A DNA stretch of 64,000 bases from Octopus vulgaris (lineage: Eukaryota). Of the stretch, positions 12,681 to 26,244 are shown piece by piece (the stretch's first letter is position 1; the number at the start of each line of letters is the position of its first letter). The DNA is taken from positions 102,238,001-102,302,000 of the forward strand of contig OX597820.1 in NCBI GenBank assembly GCA_951406725.2. Direction: 5' to 3'. The notes under the pieces were generated by a model. The model searched no databases and was not told where the DNA came from. It worked only from the letters and a program-made list of their open reading frames with translations. The translations under genes and the position numbers were made by a program.

Positions 12681-13833
12681 TGTGGTCATGATATGATAGT
12701 GATAGTGGCAGGGGTGGCAGTGGCTGTGGTGTTAGCAGACACTGTCTACTGGTTATATAAATTACCATTAATGTAACTAGCCTGTCACCATTTCATTGAC
12801 ATTTCAAAAGATTATCTCCCAGGCAATCTTAATGATATGTCCTTTTGGTGGCCAATGTTTCAAATAGTTGATCTCACTTCTAAACTACCAGCTTAGCAAC
12901 ACGTTTGAATTCCTTATTCAACTAGACGTAGCGTGGAGTAGAGATTATTATTTTTGTTATTGTTGATGTAATTTTTGTTGATCCTCTGGCCAGCTTTGAC
13001 GTATTTATTAATTTTTTTTTTTTTTGATGTGTGTGTGTGTGTGTGTGTGAACTCTCCTGTCATAGATGACAGATGAGGATTTTTTGTGCAATTTCTTGCT
13101 GAACAACCTGCACAGGTAATTTGTTTATATATAAACAAATGTTTGTATGTTTGTATTGCATATTAGCTCACCCCCTCCATCAAACTGACATTGCTTGTAC
13201 AAGTGCACAATAGGCCATGCCTCAGATGATGAAGTGATCACAGAGCAACATAAATTGAAGAGTTCTGCTTAAGAACATAACACGCTACATGGCTCAGGAA
13301 TTGAAACCATGGTCTTGTGATCACAAGTGCAGTACCTTTACAACTAGGCAATGTGCCTTCACCTGATGAAGCAGAGCTATTATAAAAGGTGTTCCAGGTG
13401 TGGTTATCTCCCCTTTCATTTCAGGGATTGAGGATATGGAATTATTAGGTACAGTATGACTTAGATTTGATCTTTTTTTTTAAATATTAACATATGATAT
13501 GAATAAGATTTGACTGTTATATCTTGCATGTACTTTATGCCAAAAGTGCCACAGTGGTTTATGGTTATAATACTGGTACCTCACTTCTAGTTGTTTGAAT
13601 TTCACCTTCCTGATCATTAGATAGAATATGAAACTTTTGATTAACTGGATGCTAAGTGCCATCTGCCATAACCATATATATATATATAACAACAAAGAAG
13701 CCTATGAACATTTAACAGAAAATGACAATTGTGAAGTTCCTTTCACAGGAAACCATTGGTTGCCTTCTTAACCCAAAATAAAGAATATTTATCTATCAAG
13801 GCAGTGTTGAGCACTCATTCTCACTGTTTGATA

Positions 13834-13868
<35 letters not shown>

Positions 13869-13907
13869 ATATATATATATATATAAGTTGCTTAGAGGAG
13901 ATGTTAA

Positions 13908-14001
13908 TCTCTGAAGAAATTATGCACGTAACATATAAATGCAAATTTAAAGCATAAATTTGTAATTTATCTATTGAGCACTAATGAAAATGGCTGTAAG
14001 A
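13908..14001 (+). ncRNA. Type I hammerhead motif with long stem II, degenerate stem III
   Basis: tct-CTGAAGA-a-attatgc...gcaaattta/taaatttgt hairpin...gcactaat-GAAA-atggctg-TA-aga, about 25 bp after a (TA)n tract. Confidence 0.55.
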
Positions 14002-14089
14002 AGTAAAGATTACCAATTTTTTAATAATAAATAATTATTATTATCTCAACTCTCTATTTTCTTTCCTTCATTTAACTGGAGACATAAAA

Positions 14090-14265
14090 AGTACCTGCTA
14101 CACTTTCAGAGTGACAGGCTTTAGGAAGGGCATCCAGCTGTAGAAACCTTGCCAGTTTAGATTGGAGCCTGGCGCAGCCTACTGGCTTGCCAGTCCCCAG
14201 TCAAACCGTCCAACCCATGCCAGCATGGAAAACGGACGTTAAACGATGATGATGATAATGATGAT
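14090..14265 (+). mobile_element. SINE family C, 3' part
   Basis: ttaggaagggcatccagctgtagaaacc...aaacggacgttaaacgatgatgat. Confidence 0.8.
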
Positions 14266-14686
14266 ATACATGTGTGTAAAATTCCCTTCACACACAATCT
14301 AAAAAGAGAAACATTATTTAGTGCTTCAGAAACAGTCACAGGCTCATCTCCTAATATATAAATTCTCCAAAAAAACTAGTTGATGTTGACTCACTTTCCT
14401 TCCAGCATTCTACATTCTGAAACACAATTAGCAAAGCTCTCTACCCACTCCAGTACAGAACCAAAACTTTCCATTACATTTGCATGACTATAATTGTTAG
14501 AGGACCCTTCACTTCAGCTGCACTCAAATAAAATTTAACTTTTTGAAATAATAAACATATCTATTTGATACCAAGTGTTAAGTTCTATATCAGATTACAT
14601 TTGCGTCATATGTTATAGATACTTATATATATTTTACAATTATTACATTAAGGGGATGATCATCATTGTTTTAATTTCAGCTTAGT

Positions 14687-15008
14687 AGGCGTAGGAGTGG
14701 CTGTGTGGTAAGTAGCTTGCTTACCAACCACATGGTTCCAGTTTCAGTCCCACTGCGTGGCACTTTGGACAAGTGTCTTCTACTATAGCCTCGGACCAAC
14801 CAAAGCCTTATGAGTGGATTTGGTAGACAGAAACTGAAAGAAGCCCGTCGTATATATGTATATATTGACAACCGATGCTGCAAAAGAGACCGATAAAATA
14901 AGTACTAGGCTTACAAAGAATAAGTTCTGGGGTCGATTTGCTCGACTAAAGGCGGTGCTCCAGCATGGCCGCAGTCAAATGACTGAAACAAGTGAAAGAG
15001 TAAAGAGT
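14687..15008 (+). mobile_element. SINE family A with internal deletion
   Basis: ggcgtaggagtggctgtgtggtaagtagcttg head and gactgaaacaagtgaaagagt end. Confidence 0.9.
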
Positions 15009-15468
15009 TCTCCATACTTGCATAAATCAATTAAGAGTATGTTGGGGTAGAGTGTTTTGTGACTGGATACCTTTCCAGAGACCAACTTGTGCTTGTTCCC
15101 TATCTGTCAAGCAACAGGAAAATCAAATAAGTTTATACTGAGGAGTGGAAACAGGCAACTATGAATAAATGAGCATTTTATTAACAAAGATTGTACAACA
15201 TGTCAAGAGATGTTCAAGAAGCCCTGATATGCTTTCACAGTGGATTGTTAGCAGATGACACTGTCACTGATGCTATTGTTTATAGCCACTGAAAGAAGTC
15301 ATACAGAGGTTAGGGAAATATGAATTCACTCACACATGCATAAACATGCATAAATACACACTCACACATAGATTGTAAATGCAATAAACAATAAAAGAAG
15401 GCAATACAGGAGAGTCAAGGTTTAACAAATAGAGCATTAGCTTAACACTTTAACTGAAAGAGAAAATG

Positions 15469-15504
15469 TCTTAATATTTCGCACGATAGTCCTTCATCAG
15501 AAGA
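15469..15504 (-). ncRNA. Minimal type I hammerhead motif
   Basis: Minus strand reads tctt-CTGATGA-a-ggac-tatc-gtgc-GAA-atat-t-aaga. Confidence 0.6.
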
Positions 15505-16230
15505 ATGAGAAAAACATAGAGTGAGTGAGAAAGGGAGATATCAGTAAGAGGAAAAAATAAGAGACAAATGGTTAGAAATGGAGAGAAATGCAGTTCTGAG
15601 AGAGAGAAGGTTAAGAAGGGTGGAGGGTAAGGTGTATATGAACAATTGTATTTGTGTATATGTGTTTGTGTGAGTGTGTTTGTGTGTGTGTATGCGTGTG
15701 TGCTTGTGTGTGTATGTATCAGTTTAGACAGTACTAAGGGTCATTGCTTGTTTGTTCTGGAGTTAAAATACTATATTTGTTCTAAGTTGAACTATATGCA
15801 TTTGTTCATGGATGTCAAGGATATCGATATATTGCTTTTGTAACATTAAATATTCGAGCAAAATCTCAATGTTTTGAGGCATAGGATTGTGATAATTAAT
15901 ATTCACAATCATCATCAGCATTTTGTTTTTTATCATTGCCACCACCACTCTAGTGTCATCATCATCATCATCATCACCATCACCATCACCATCATCATCA
16001 TCATCATCATCATCCTCATCATTATCATCATTGCTGTCATCATCGTCATAATTGTTGTTGTCATCGTTGCAATTGTCATCACCACTACCACCATCGTCCC
16101 TTTTTGTCCACCTCATCATTCTCATCATCATCATCATCATCACTGTCGTCGTCGTCAATGTTGTTGTCGTTGTTGCAATTGTTACCACCACTACCGCGCC
16201 ATCCTCCTTGTCCACTTCATCATCATCATC

Positions 16231-16277
16231 ATTGCAACACTTGGCATTGCAACACTTGGCATTGCAACACTTGGCAC
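16231..16277. repeat. 15-bp tandem repeat (attgcaacacttggc) x3
   Basis: Direct reading. Confidence 0.9.
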
Positions 16278-16680
16278 CGTTTCAATGATGAACAACCCTA
16301 ACCCTCACCAGACTCTCAAGTTTCGTGTACAACTTAGCCATGCAAACTCCAGTGTAGTAGATGATGGCAGATACTGTGTTCGATTGGTAGTATAGTCAGA
16401 AATAAAATAAAACAAAAACAAAATTACTAAAAAAAAAAACAATAGCAATTCACTTTGTCTGTGACTAAGACACTTATTTTCAATATCTCAAATCACAATC
16501 CACTTATCATTTTGACCACTTATAGACTCCATCTGTGTCTCAGTTTAGAGATTGAGCATTTCCTGTCATACCACTCCACTATAACTTGCCACATTCTTCC
16601 AATTCTTTATTCTATACATTATTGATGTGCTCATTCTGCTAACCAATTGCAGTCGTACTATGACGGTACTACTCTTTATT

Positions 16681-16913
16681 AAGGCGGCGAGCTGGCAGAA
16701 ATGTTAGCACACTGGGCGAAATGCTGAGTGACATTTCGTCTGCCGTTACGTTCTGAGTTCAAATTCAGACGAGGTCGACTTTGCCTTTCATCCTTCCGGG
16801 GTCGATTAAATAAGTACCAGTTAAGCACTGGGGTCGATGTAATCAACTTAATCCGTTTGTCTGTCCTTGTTTGTCCTCTCTGTGTTTAGCCCCTTGTGGG
16901 TAGTAAAGAAATA
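16681..16913 (+). mobile_element. Young full-length SINE family B with 16-bp TSD
   Basis: TSD ggtactactctttatt at 16665-16680 and 16914-16929. B-box-like gagttcaaattc. Central gcctttcatccttccggggtcga resembles the MetaSINE domain. Confidence 0.92.
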
Positions 16914-18186
16914 GGTACTACTCTTTATTTCTCATTTACCTTTTTAATGCAAAGGCATTAAATTCATACAATCCAGATACTTTATGCCAGTCTTACACTG
17001 CTTCTGTAAACAGAAAACATCAAAAGCATCTCCAGTAGGTTTCTACACTATCACTAAGACATTGTAACTCTGTGTGTGTGTGGTTCTGTAAAGGAACCAA
17101 CATTGTAATATTACACTCCTGTACAATACAGTTAAAGTTATGACAAATTCTTGGTTTCACAATCACACATCATCATCATCATCATCGTCGTCATCATCAT
17201 CATCATCATCATCATCCTCATCACCATCATCATTTAATGTCCATTTTCCTTGCTGGAATGGGTTCAACAGCTTGATAGGCACCGGTAAGACCAGGGCCCA
17301 CATCAGGTTCCATAGTCTGTTTTTGGTTTGGTTTCTATGGTTGGATGCCCTTCCTTATGCCAATCACTCCACAGACTCTACTGGGTGCTTCTTATGTAGC
17401 ACTAGCACCAGAGTGTTTCAGGTGGCACCAGCACCAGTGCTTTTTACATGGCACCAACACCCACACAAACACTTCTTGTGTGGCACCTTGGCTTTAGAAC
17501 CCCAATTCTGTTGTGGTGGGTGGGTCTTCTCAAGTACAGCAATGTGTCACATATATCAAGCCTTCTGTCATTTCCTACATAAGGTTCAGTGTTTTCGCTC
17601 CACTTTAAGTGATCACCACAACTTCCCCAGGATTTTTTTTTGATAGGGACCTCATGCAAAAACATTGCCCAGACTGTATCCTAGAGAGTAATCACAACCA
17701 CCACCACCACCACTACCACCATCACCACCACCACCTCCACCACTGTCATCATCATTGTCATCATCATCATCATCATCACTACCATGACCACCACTGCCGC
17801 CACTGACACAGCCACCACCACCACCACCATCATCGTCATCACATTCATTGTATCATGGCCTTTTTAAACATGTCTGCATGAGCCAAATATAATTTGTTGA
17901 ACCAGACTTTCTATGGCTGGAAGTCCTTCCTGCCACTAGCCCACACCTGTTTCCAAGCAAGGTAATATTTCCTCATGACTGGACATGTTTTCAAGGTTTG
18001 GAAACAAATGACACTGCTTGTATTGCAGTAACACTCATTTATAACCATTACACAATGTCAAGGGGCAAAGAGGTACATATTATCTCGAGGGTGTTTTTCA
18101 CCTACGTTGTGGGGGAAATGGTTGCTTGTTGGTGTGTGCTGTATTGTTGAAGACCATTGTCATGTGTTCTAGCAGGCATCATCTAT

Positions 18187-18616
18187 CTATAATAATAAAT
18201 TGCAAAATTCTGTCTGTCTGGGACCCTGTATTTCAGTCTCCATTTGCTCTACATAAGCATATTGTACCTTTTTGGAATCAGGATGATCTTGGGATTGAAA
18301 ATATGCCCTTCATTTGATTCTTCAACATCCTGCATTGGGATCTGACTTAAAAGCATTTGGGTTGCTATTTCTAGCAGGTAAAGCTTGACTGATACATACC
18401 ATCTTGGTTGGCGTTTGCCAGATGACATCAGGGACCAATAGGGAGGTAAAGGATATTTGCTTTGTTAATTTTAAGTTGAGATAAGAACTTTGGGACAAAT
18501 TGGCCAACAGTTCGAATTCAAATTGGGACTGGAACTTTAGAATGATTGCATTAAAGAATTAATTCTTATCCATCCTTAACCCGCTATCAAACACTACCAG
18601 GGCATATAGTCACTAT
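18187..18616 (+). mobile_element. Possible decayed non-autonomous Helitron
   Basis: 5' tctataataataaa...tctgtctgtctg start typical of Helitron-like elements; 3' end weak. Confidence 0.3.
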
Positions 18617-20133
18617 AAATGTATAAAAGTCATGAAATTTAGCTCTCTTTAGTTTTAGGCTGTGAGTCCAATTAGCCTCTGCAGGAGCTAACTTAAAAGT
18701 CTGCATGGAGTGTGACTTTTAAGCTCTTTACACTTTACTTTTAACATATTTACTGCTTTACTGCTGGACATGATTTACTGCATTGGTTATTTACAAAAGA
18801 GAGACACTAATAATATAACTGTTGACTGGGAGGAGAGAACTGTGCTGTGACATGTGGAAGTCTAGCTGTGGTACATTGTGTGTGCCCAGTCATTTCTTAC
18901 TCAAGGTGGTCTGGTCTTTGCAGTCTGCCTTCTGTGGGTGCCCCAGTTGATGTATTGACAATTGACAAGTCCCTTAACCCCTTGGGGTTCGTGAGGTGCT
19001 ACAGGCATGCAGCATGTCTAGAATGAGAAAGCCTAGCAGAACCCATCCTTCTCCAGGCTAAACTCATTTCTACAGCTGAATGGACTGGAACAACATGAAG
19101 TGAAGTGTTTTACTCAAGAACATAATGCATCGCGTAGTCTAGGAATTGAAACCACAACCTTAGGATCGTGAGTCCTACACCCTAACCACTAAGCCACATG
19201 GTGGTGTCTATGAAATTTTATTGGGAAATTTGTATTTAGCTCACTTTAAAATAGGAAGTTTGTATGATAGTTTCCAGGGGCTGGTTGATATTTAAAGGGT
19301 TTACTTGCTGCAAAAAACAGTCAATCTTGGTCAAATCAGATGCAAACATTTTTTTTTATTAAATGGTAACAAAGAAAAACAGAAAAATGGAAGGAAGAAT
19401 ATATTGAACGTTATAGTTCTGGGTATGTAAAAATGTGTGATGGCCTTGGTTAGAACGTCTTTTATTATAAATTTGATCGACCAGTATTGACGTAATGTTA
19501 AACAACAACTAGACTTATGATGGCTAATGTTATCTTGTTATTCATCGAGACACGTTGAACTCTCATCCGTTGCACCTTTACAGCACTGCTGTCTAGATTT
19601 CCTTGGCTTTAAACCAGTTATTTTCAATAATTCATTTAATTACGATGGGCCATGAGTGCCACAGCACATCGACAACAACGATCGCTTGACATGAAGGAAG
19701 ATGGAATTTGAAATATCTCAGTTTTGACATGCAACAATGAAGATTAAAATCTAATTAAAGAAAACAAAATCAAATAATCAGTATAATTCTTCTTATCAAC
19801 ATCGTTCTCCATCACCACAATGGTTCAGAATCGCTATCCTTTCATACAGTTCTCATTATAAATTGTCAATACATGACTGTGTATCCTATATCATGGTGAC
19901 CGTGGTCAACATGTAATGTTTATTAAGTATGCATGCACATGCAATATCCACATGTACACACAAACACACACACACAAACATATATACCACACACACATAC
20001 ATACAGACACACATAGATACACTTATACATATATACACACGTAAACACACACATACACACAAGCAATTAATATGTATACACAAAAATACACACACATACG
20101 GATACAACACAGAAGACATACACATAAAAGTAA

Positions 20134-20545
20134 GTGCAGGTGTGGTTGTATGGCAAGAAGATTGCTTCTCAACTGCATGGTTCCAGGTTCAGTCCCACTG
20201 TGTGGCACCTAGGGTAAGTAACTTCTGCTATTGCTTTGGGACAACTATGCTGCTATGTGAATGGATCTGGGAGAGGAAACTGAAAGAAACTCATAGTTTA
20301 TATATATACATGTGTGTGTGTGTGTGTACATGTGCGTGTTTGTGTGTGTGAGTGTGTGTGTTTATATTTGTTCACCACTTGATAGCTGGTGTTGGCTTAG
20401 TTATGTTCCTGTAACTTAGTGGTTCAGCAAAAAGCAACTGATAGAATAAGTAGCTAGCTGAGAGCAATTTGTTTGACAATATCCTTCAAGTCTGTGCCCT
20501 AGCATAGCTGCAGTCCAGTGACTGAAACAAAGAACAAAAGAGTAC
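20134..20545 (+). mobile_element. SINE family A, diverged
   Basis: ggttcagtcccactgtgtggcacc...gtgactgaaacaa. Confidence 0.8.
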
Positions 20546-20704
20546 AGAGTCGTCTATAGTCAGTCCTATAATCCACCATATCAGTGTGGCCTGATGGAGA
20601 TTTTGACCTTGTCAATGAGAATACTACTAAGCAAAATCCATCTCTTTCTGGACTATGCTCTTGTGTAAAATTTGAACTGAGCACACCACATAACTATTTA
20701 AGGT

Positions 20705-21040
20705 TAAAGACCCCTTTTGGTCATAAATGACCCTGCGATTGCACCTAGAAATTTCCCCTCCAAGGTACAAGTGTAGGCAAGGTTGTCTATGGTAGACCAG
20801 CAGTCACCCATGCATACCAGCCTCCCCTCTCCATACCACCGATGTTATCCAAGGGAAAGGCAAAGGCTGACATGGCTTGGCACCAGTGATGTTGCAACTC
20901 ATTTCTATAGCTGAGTGAACTGGAGCAATGTGAAACAAAGTATCTTGCTCAAGAATATGGCACACAGCCCAGTCCAGGAATCGAACTCACTACCTCATGA
21001 TTGTGAGCCCGATGCTCTAACCACTGAGCCATGCACCTTC
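20705..21040 (-). mobile_element. tRNA-derived SINE (family D-like); homolog at 60855-61170
   Basis: ccaggaatcgaactc...gctctaaccactgagccatgc is the reverse complement of B and A boxes. Confidence 0.8.
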
Positions 21041-22517
21041 ACTTTTTACCTATTTACAGAACTTATTTAGAGATAAATGGATTGTGTCCAGTCAAGTTGT
21101 TTGAATTTGTGCTCTCTGTAGTGGTTCTTAAGCTTACTTCCTCACTATCATGAACAGCATAACGTAAGGTCTACATAAGGTTTGCCATATGTAAACAACA
21201 ATGGAAAAGTACCCAGTACATTCTGTAATGTGGTTGGCGTTAGAATGGCACCTGGCTGTAGAAACTGCCAAAGTAGACGCTGGATTCTGATGCAGTCCTC
21301 CAGTTTGCTGGATCTTGTTGAACAATGTAACCCATGTGTTCATCAAAGACAGGCGTTAAATGGTTATGATGAACATGATGATGATTATGATGATAATCAT
21401 CATTATCATAATGATAATCATGAAGTTTGCCTCCCTGTCCTACAAAAACAGGACATAATACTTAAGTGGTGCATTCATAAAGTGTCCTACCAAAACTAAG
21501 GCTGTGTGGACAAGATTGTTTGGGTGGTAAGTGGCACAGGAAAGGCATTATCACCTCCTAGCCAAAGGCATTAGCTTTGACAAGAAAACATTAAGTTGGA
21601 TACTTTATGAAAGCATCTCATACATATTAAAAGTGCTGCCTGAAGTGGATCACCCTTGTTCTTCCCCTTGCTCTTTTCCAGCTGTGTTAGTAACGATGTT
21701 GTTCGATTGTTAAGTGTTCTTGGAGACAACTTTATCCCATTGTTCTGTTTTCATGTAATAGACATAACTGGGTAGCTAATAAACACAGGTATATACTTCA
21801 ACTTTGTCTTTACAAAATATCTGTCAAAGCTATTGTTGCTGTTTTACTGCTTATCAGCCTTGATTGCATAGACCTATGATTGAAGACTTTCTATCCATGA
21901 CAATCATGCCTTGTGGATTACATTATTCAATGTGATCTGAAGATCAGTTAAAGTTTATGAATATAGTAGAAGTGCCTGCTATGACTGGTAAAGTCTATTA
22001 TATTTCATGTGAGTATATAAAATAATAGTAACTTACTGAACTTTCAAATGAAAGACAAAACAAAAGCAAAACAAAAATGTAAACTATTTCTGTTTTAAGT
22101 ATGTAGCTTTGGGTTCCGTCCCACTATATGGTATCTTGGGCAAATGTCTTCTACTATAGCCCCAGGCTGACCAAAGTCATGTAGATCGATTTGGTTGACA
22201 GAAACTGAATGAAACCTGTCATGTGTGTGTGTGAGATAGAGAGAGAAAGAGTGTATATATGAAGATGTGCCTGTGTGAAGGTGTGTGTTTGGGTTTCTTT
22301 GTCTTGACATTGCATGATAGTGGTAAATGATTGTCACTATCGTGCAAACAGTGTTCCTTATTTCCAAAATTCTGCAAGAACATGTCTTACCACCGGGGAA
22401 ATGTTATCTTGCTTGGAAACAGGTGAAGGTTGCTGGCAGAAAGGGAATCTGGCTGTAGAAAATCTGCCTTAAATATGCTCTGTCTGAAACATGTATGCAT
22501 GGAAAAGTGGACATTAA

Positions 22518-22588
<71 letters not shown>

Positions 22589-22656
22589 GATGATGATAAT
22601 GAGAATCGAAAAGAAAATGGGGGTTATAATTATGATAATGATTATACACACACACA

Positions 22657-23486
22657 CATGGTGTCTCAAAAGTCACTATACACTTTCTTTTTTCTATTTC
22701 GTCTCAGGTATCATTCAGGGAGACATGAGGCCTTCAGCATTTGACACCTTAGACTTTGCATTTTTTGTAAGTATATCATTCCTTTGACCATGGCTCAATA
22801 ATTGACTTTGGAGCAGTGTTGCAAAATTGCCACCTGGCAAGAAGTTTTTCAGTCTGCTACTGCAGTTCATCGCAAGTTTGAGAAGATTTATGGCTGTCAC
22901 ACTGCTCCAACATGTAGCACAATTTATGCTATCCAAAGCAAGTTTCTTGAAAGAAGATCTGTTCTTGAAAAACCATGCAGTGGAAGGCCACCATTGATGA
23001 AAACGCTGAACTCCTGAAGCAGGCGTTTGCGAAAAACCAGAGGAAGTCCAGGGGACTGCACTGGAACTTAGCATCAACAAAGTTCAATTCAGCTGATGTT
23101 TCGGAGAGTGATAAAACTCTACCCGTACTGACTTCAGGTTGTTCAAAGGGTTCTATTGGAAGATTATGATGCTCATGTGGAAATGTGTGAATCACTCCTC
23201 CACTATTGCCAAAAAGACTCTCAATTCTGGAAAACTTATGGTTCAGCAATGAATCTATTTTATCTCTCTGGTCAGGTAAACCAACACAACTGGGGAAAAT
23301 CAAAACCAGCAGAAATTCTTGAACATAAACGAGACTCTTCAAAGCTGATGGTATGTTGTGCCAGAGGCAAGGCAATAATACACTTAAAAAAACTGCAAAG
23401 TCTAAGATGTCAAATGCCTCACATCTCCAAATGATACCTGAAACGAAATAGAAAAAAGAAAGTGCATAGACTTTTGGGACACCTTG
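22657..23486 (+). mobile_element. Internally deleted Tc1/mariner-superfamily DNA transposon
   Basis: About 58-bp imperfect TIRs (ggtgtctcaaaagtc...tcaggtatcatt / aatgatacctga...gacttttgggacacc), TA on the right, and a decayed HTH N-terminus (SATAVHRKF...KFLERRSVLEKPCSGRP). Confidence 0.85.
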
Positions 23487-23821
23487 TATTTATGTATATA
23501 GGTGTGGCTGCATGGTAAGAGGCTTGCTTCCCAACCACAAGTTGGGCAAGTTCTTCAAGCTGTAACCTCAGGCTGACCAAAGCTTTGTGAGTATATTTGG
23601 TAGATAAAAACTGAAAGAAGCTTGTTGTGTGTGTGTGTGTTTGTGCCTGTGTTTGTTTCCCACCTCTGTTTGACAACCGGTGTTGGTCTGTTTATGTCCC
23701 TGTAACTTAGTGGTTTGGCAAAACAGACTGATAGAATAAGTGCTAGACTTAAGAAAAGTCCTGGGATCAATTTGTTCGCTTAAAACCCTTCAGGGTGGTA
23801 GTTCACCTTGGCTGCAGTCAA

Positions 23822-24345
23822 TCATCATCATCATCATCATCATTTAATGTCCGCTTTCCATGCTAGCATGGGTTGGACGGTTCAACTGGGGTCTGGGGAG
23901 CCCGAAGGCTGCACCAGGCCAGTCAGATCTGGCAGTGTTTCTACAGCTGGATGCCCTTCCTAACGCCAACCACTCCGAGAGTGTAGTGGGTGATTTTATG
24001 TGCCACCGACACAGGTGCCAGACGAGGCTGGCGAACGGCCACGCTCGGATGGTGTTTTTTATGTGCCACCGACACAGGTGCCAGACGAGGCTGGCAGACG
24101 GCCACGCTCGGATGGTGTTTTTATGTGCCACCGACACAGGTGCCAGATGAGGCTGGCGAACGGCCACGATCGGATGGTGTTTGTTACGTGCCCACAGCAC
24201 GGAGGCCAGTCGATGCGGTACTGGCTACGGCCACGTTCGGATGGTTTTCTTGTGTGCCACCGGCACTGGTACCACAAAGATACAAATTCCATTGATGTTC
24301 ATCTATTTTGATTTGTTTTGATTTTCACTTGCCTCAACAGGTCTT
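23822..24345 (-). mobile_element. Young SINE family C with internal about 63-bp tandem repeats
   Basis: Units atgtgccaccgacacaggtgccagacgaggctggcgaacggccacgctcggatggtg at 23998, 24061 and 24123, then diverging. Confidence 0.9.
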
Positions 24346-24369
24346 CACATATATATATATATATATATG

Positions 24370-24688
24370 TTGCCTTACTGGCACATGTACCAGTGGCACA
24401 TGAAAAACAACATTCGAGCGTGGTCGTTGCCAATGCTGGCGGACTGGCTCCCATGCAGGTAGCATGTAAAAAACGTCTTTTGAGCATGGTCATTGCCAGT
24501 ACTGCCTGACTGGCCCTCATGCTGATGGCACATAAAAACACCCACTACACTCTCGGAGTGGTTGGCGTTAGGAAGGGCATCCAGCTGTAGAAACTTTGCC
24601 AGATCAGATTCAGCCTGGTGCAGCCTTCTGGCTCACCAGTCCTCAGTCAAATCGTCCAACCCATGCCTGCATGGAAAGAGGACATTAA

Positions 24689-24720
<32 letters not shown>
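24370..24720 (+). mobile_element. SINE family C
   Basis: Family core and (GAT)n tail, head-to-head with the previous copy. Confidence 0.85.
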
Positions 24721-24762
<42 letters not shown>

Positions 24763-24940
24763 CAAAGTTGACAGATTACTCCGAGTTGAGTTTCACCCTT
24801 AGCTGGACTGTTTCCAACAGTCAGGAAAAGTCCAGTTAAGGATGAAACTGAGAGTTTTATGAGATAAATATGATGGATGTTAAATGATAATGAAGATATG
24901 TAAATGTATGTATGTATATATGTGTGTATGTGTGTGTATG

Positions 24941-24991
<51 letters not shown>

Positions 24992-25510
24992 ATACAAACA
25001 CATACATTTCTAAATAGATAATTTTCTTGTCGAAATATCTGTGTACATTGTCTCAGAGTTTTAACAAATTCGTTTTATTAATGCATACTGCTTATCTTGT
25101 GTATTTACCTATGGTATGCACCTGATACGTACATCATCATCATCATCATCATCATCATTATCCTTTAATATCCAATTCCATGCTGGCAAGGGCTGGAAGA
25201 ATTGTTGACTCTGTCTATGAAATCTGGGACCTCCCAGAAGATGTATTTGCGAAACCATTCACAAACATTATCATTTTGCATGGAACATGCTTATTCCACC
25301 TTATTCAAAAACATCTTGCGGGTAAGACACCTCAAAATACTAATATAAAGATTTGCTTTCCATATCATATTCTTGATTTATTAGTGTATATCGTTTACAT
25401 GCTTCAGATACTAAAGAAAAGCAAACAGTGTAATGCTTCCTTTCTTTATATTTTTTACCATTCACCTTAATGATGTACACACTTCCATAATACACACACA
25501 CACACACACA

Positions 25511-25574
<64 letters not shown>

Positions 25575-25605
25575 ACACACACACATATACACATACATAT
25601 GTGTA

Positions 25606-25870
25606 GGTGCAAAGGCCCTGTGGTTAGGTCAGTGGACTCATGGTCGGAGGATTGCAGTTTCGATTCCCAGACCGGGTGTTGTGTGTGTTTATTGAGCGAA
25701 AACACCTAAAGCTCCACAAGGCTCTGGCATTGGGAGGGGGGTGGCGACCCCTGTTGTACTCTTTTGCCCCAACTTTCTCTCACTCTTTTTTCCTTGGGGG
25801 AACACATACGCTATAGAAACCGGGAAACTGGGCCCATGAGGCTGGCTAGGATTGAAAAGGGCATATAAAT
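25606..25870 (+). mobile_element. tRNA-derived SINE family D
   Basis: tggttagg...gtttcgattccc head, homologous to 33549-33850 and 48775-48937. Confidence 0.85.
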
Positions 25871-26164
25871 AAAAATATATACATATACTATATACATAAA
25901 TATACAATATACATATATTATATCTAGTATATATATATATATATATATATTTGTTGAAATAGAAAGATGAATTTTCTTGTTACAGATTATTCAAAAGTTT
26001 AACCGATACCTGGGTAGCAAAAATCACAGCCGAAAATACACGGTTGGAGATAAGACCATTTGGTGTTGCAACCGTGCGTTGGTGCAGATAATTGAAGTTT
26101 AATATTATTATTGAATGGAAGAAATGGAGTTGAACGAAGATTGTACAGAATTCCTTTTATTACA

Positions 26165-26244
26165 TTCTACACATGTTTCAAAGGCCACAAATTTCCAAAT
26201 TCTGATTAAATAAGGGTACCATATTGTGGCTTTCTCATCAGGAA
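26165..26244 (-). ncRNA. Type I hammerhead with extended stem II, core intact
   Basis: Minus strand reads ttc-CTGATGA-gaaagccacaa...ttgtggccttt-GAAA-catgtg-TA-gaa. Confidence 0.7.

Noticed and set aside
11494-12768. 322-aa and other long low-complexity ORFs
   Set aside because: Simple repeats that lack stop codons by composition.
23998-24270. CRISPR-like array
   Set aside because: Units are contiguous tandem repeats without unique spacers, inside a SINE in eukaryotic DNA, with no cas genes.
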